DNA of 64,000 bases from Diplonema japonicum (taxonomy: Eukaryota; Protista; Euglenozoa: Diplonemea): NCBI GenBank assembly GCA_964019335.1, contig OZ025667.1, forward strand, positions 558,001 to 622,000, in the 5' to 3' direction. Positions 63,571 through 64,000 of the stretch are shown one piece after another (position 1 is the first letter of the stretch; each line of letters starts with the position of its first letter). The translations under genes and the position numbers were made by a program. Under the pieces are notes generated by a model that saw only the letters and a program-made list of their open reading frames with translations, did not search any database and was not told the origin of the DNA.

Positions 63571-64000
63571 ATGGAAAAATTCATCGAGAGCCTCACGGCA
63601 CTAGATATCAAAGTGGTTGCGTTTGACATGGATCAAACTGCGGTGAACCAGCACTCCATGGGGAGGATGAAGAAGAACGAGGTCCACAAGTTTGTGGCAA
63701 ATGCTTCTGTTGACTTCGTGAAGGTCGTCCCGGAGCTGGTGAAGAGGGGGTTTCTACTAGCGATAGCCACCCATTCTGATGTTATAGAGTACACAGAAGA
63801 GATACCTAGAGAAGAGCACCTTATAGGAGATGACCTTGTGAAGCACTTACTCGAAGCACTCTTTCCACCACACATCTCAGCCAAGTTCTTCACCGTGGCC
63901 TACAACACCTCACGCAGGCGGGACCTAGTAAACCCCGGGAAGGTGCATCACATGAAGCTAATCTCTAACCACTACAGCATGCCCTTTGAAAATCTCATTT
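63571..64000 (+). CDS. HAD-superfamily hydrolase-like protein (partial, runs off the window)
   Basis: MEKFIESL...KVVAFDMDQT (DxDxT motif I) ... LAIATHS (motif II). Confidence 0.75.
   Translation, partial: MEKFIESLTALDIKVVAFDMDQTAVNQHSMGRMKKNEVHKFVANASVDFVKVVPELVKRGFLLAIATHSDVIEYTEEIPREEHLIGDDLVKHLLEALFPPHISAKFFTVAYNTSRRRDLVNPGKVHHMKLISNHYSMPFENLI

Overview
Eukaryotic genomic DNA, most likely a euglenozoan and probably a diplonemid (inference). All credible genes lie head-to-tail on the + strand, intergenic DNA is homopolymer-rich, there are short GT-AG cis-introns, and a 16-nt match to the 3' end of the euglenozoan spliced leader is present. Host genes include four near-identical RPL5 copies, CAPZB, an adrenodoxin-type ferredoxin, a CFAP77-like gene, an LsrG/ABM-like protein, a biotinyl-carboxyltransferase fusion, secreted CAP/Cys-rich proteins, and IQ, EF-hand, BSD, ankyrin-FYVE, RING and SP-RING proteins. 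The most notable content is a non-LTR retrotransposon system. One intact element (51137-58016) starts with a spliced-leader remnant folded into a hairpin/pseudoknot. Its ORF1 has a pseudo-OTU domain, and its AUG-less ORF2 is in frame behind a single UGA-C stop and opens with a 2A-like NPGP motif. It ends in a 3' stem-loop with no poly(A). Truncated relatives and short tail-bearing elements, one with a hammerhead-like core, lie in T-rich tracts in the same orientation. Also present are a Crypton-like tyrosine-recombinase remnant, a MITE-like element, and a 200-bp LSU rRNA fragment inserted in a decayed Cys-rich gene. All domain calls are by eye, without database searches.
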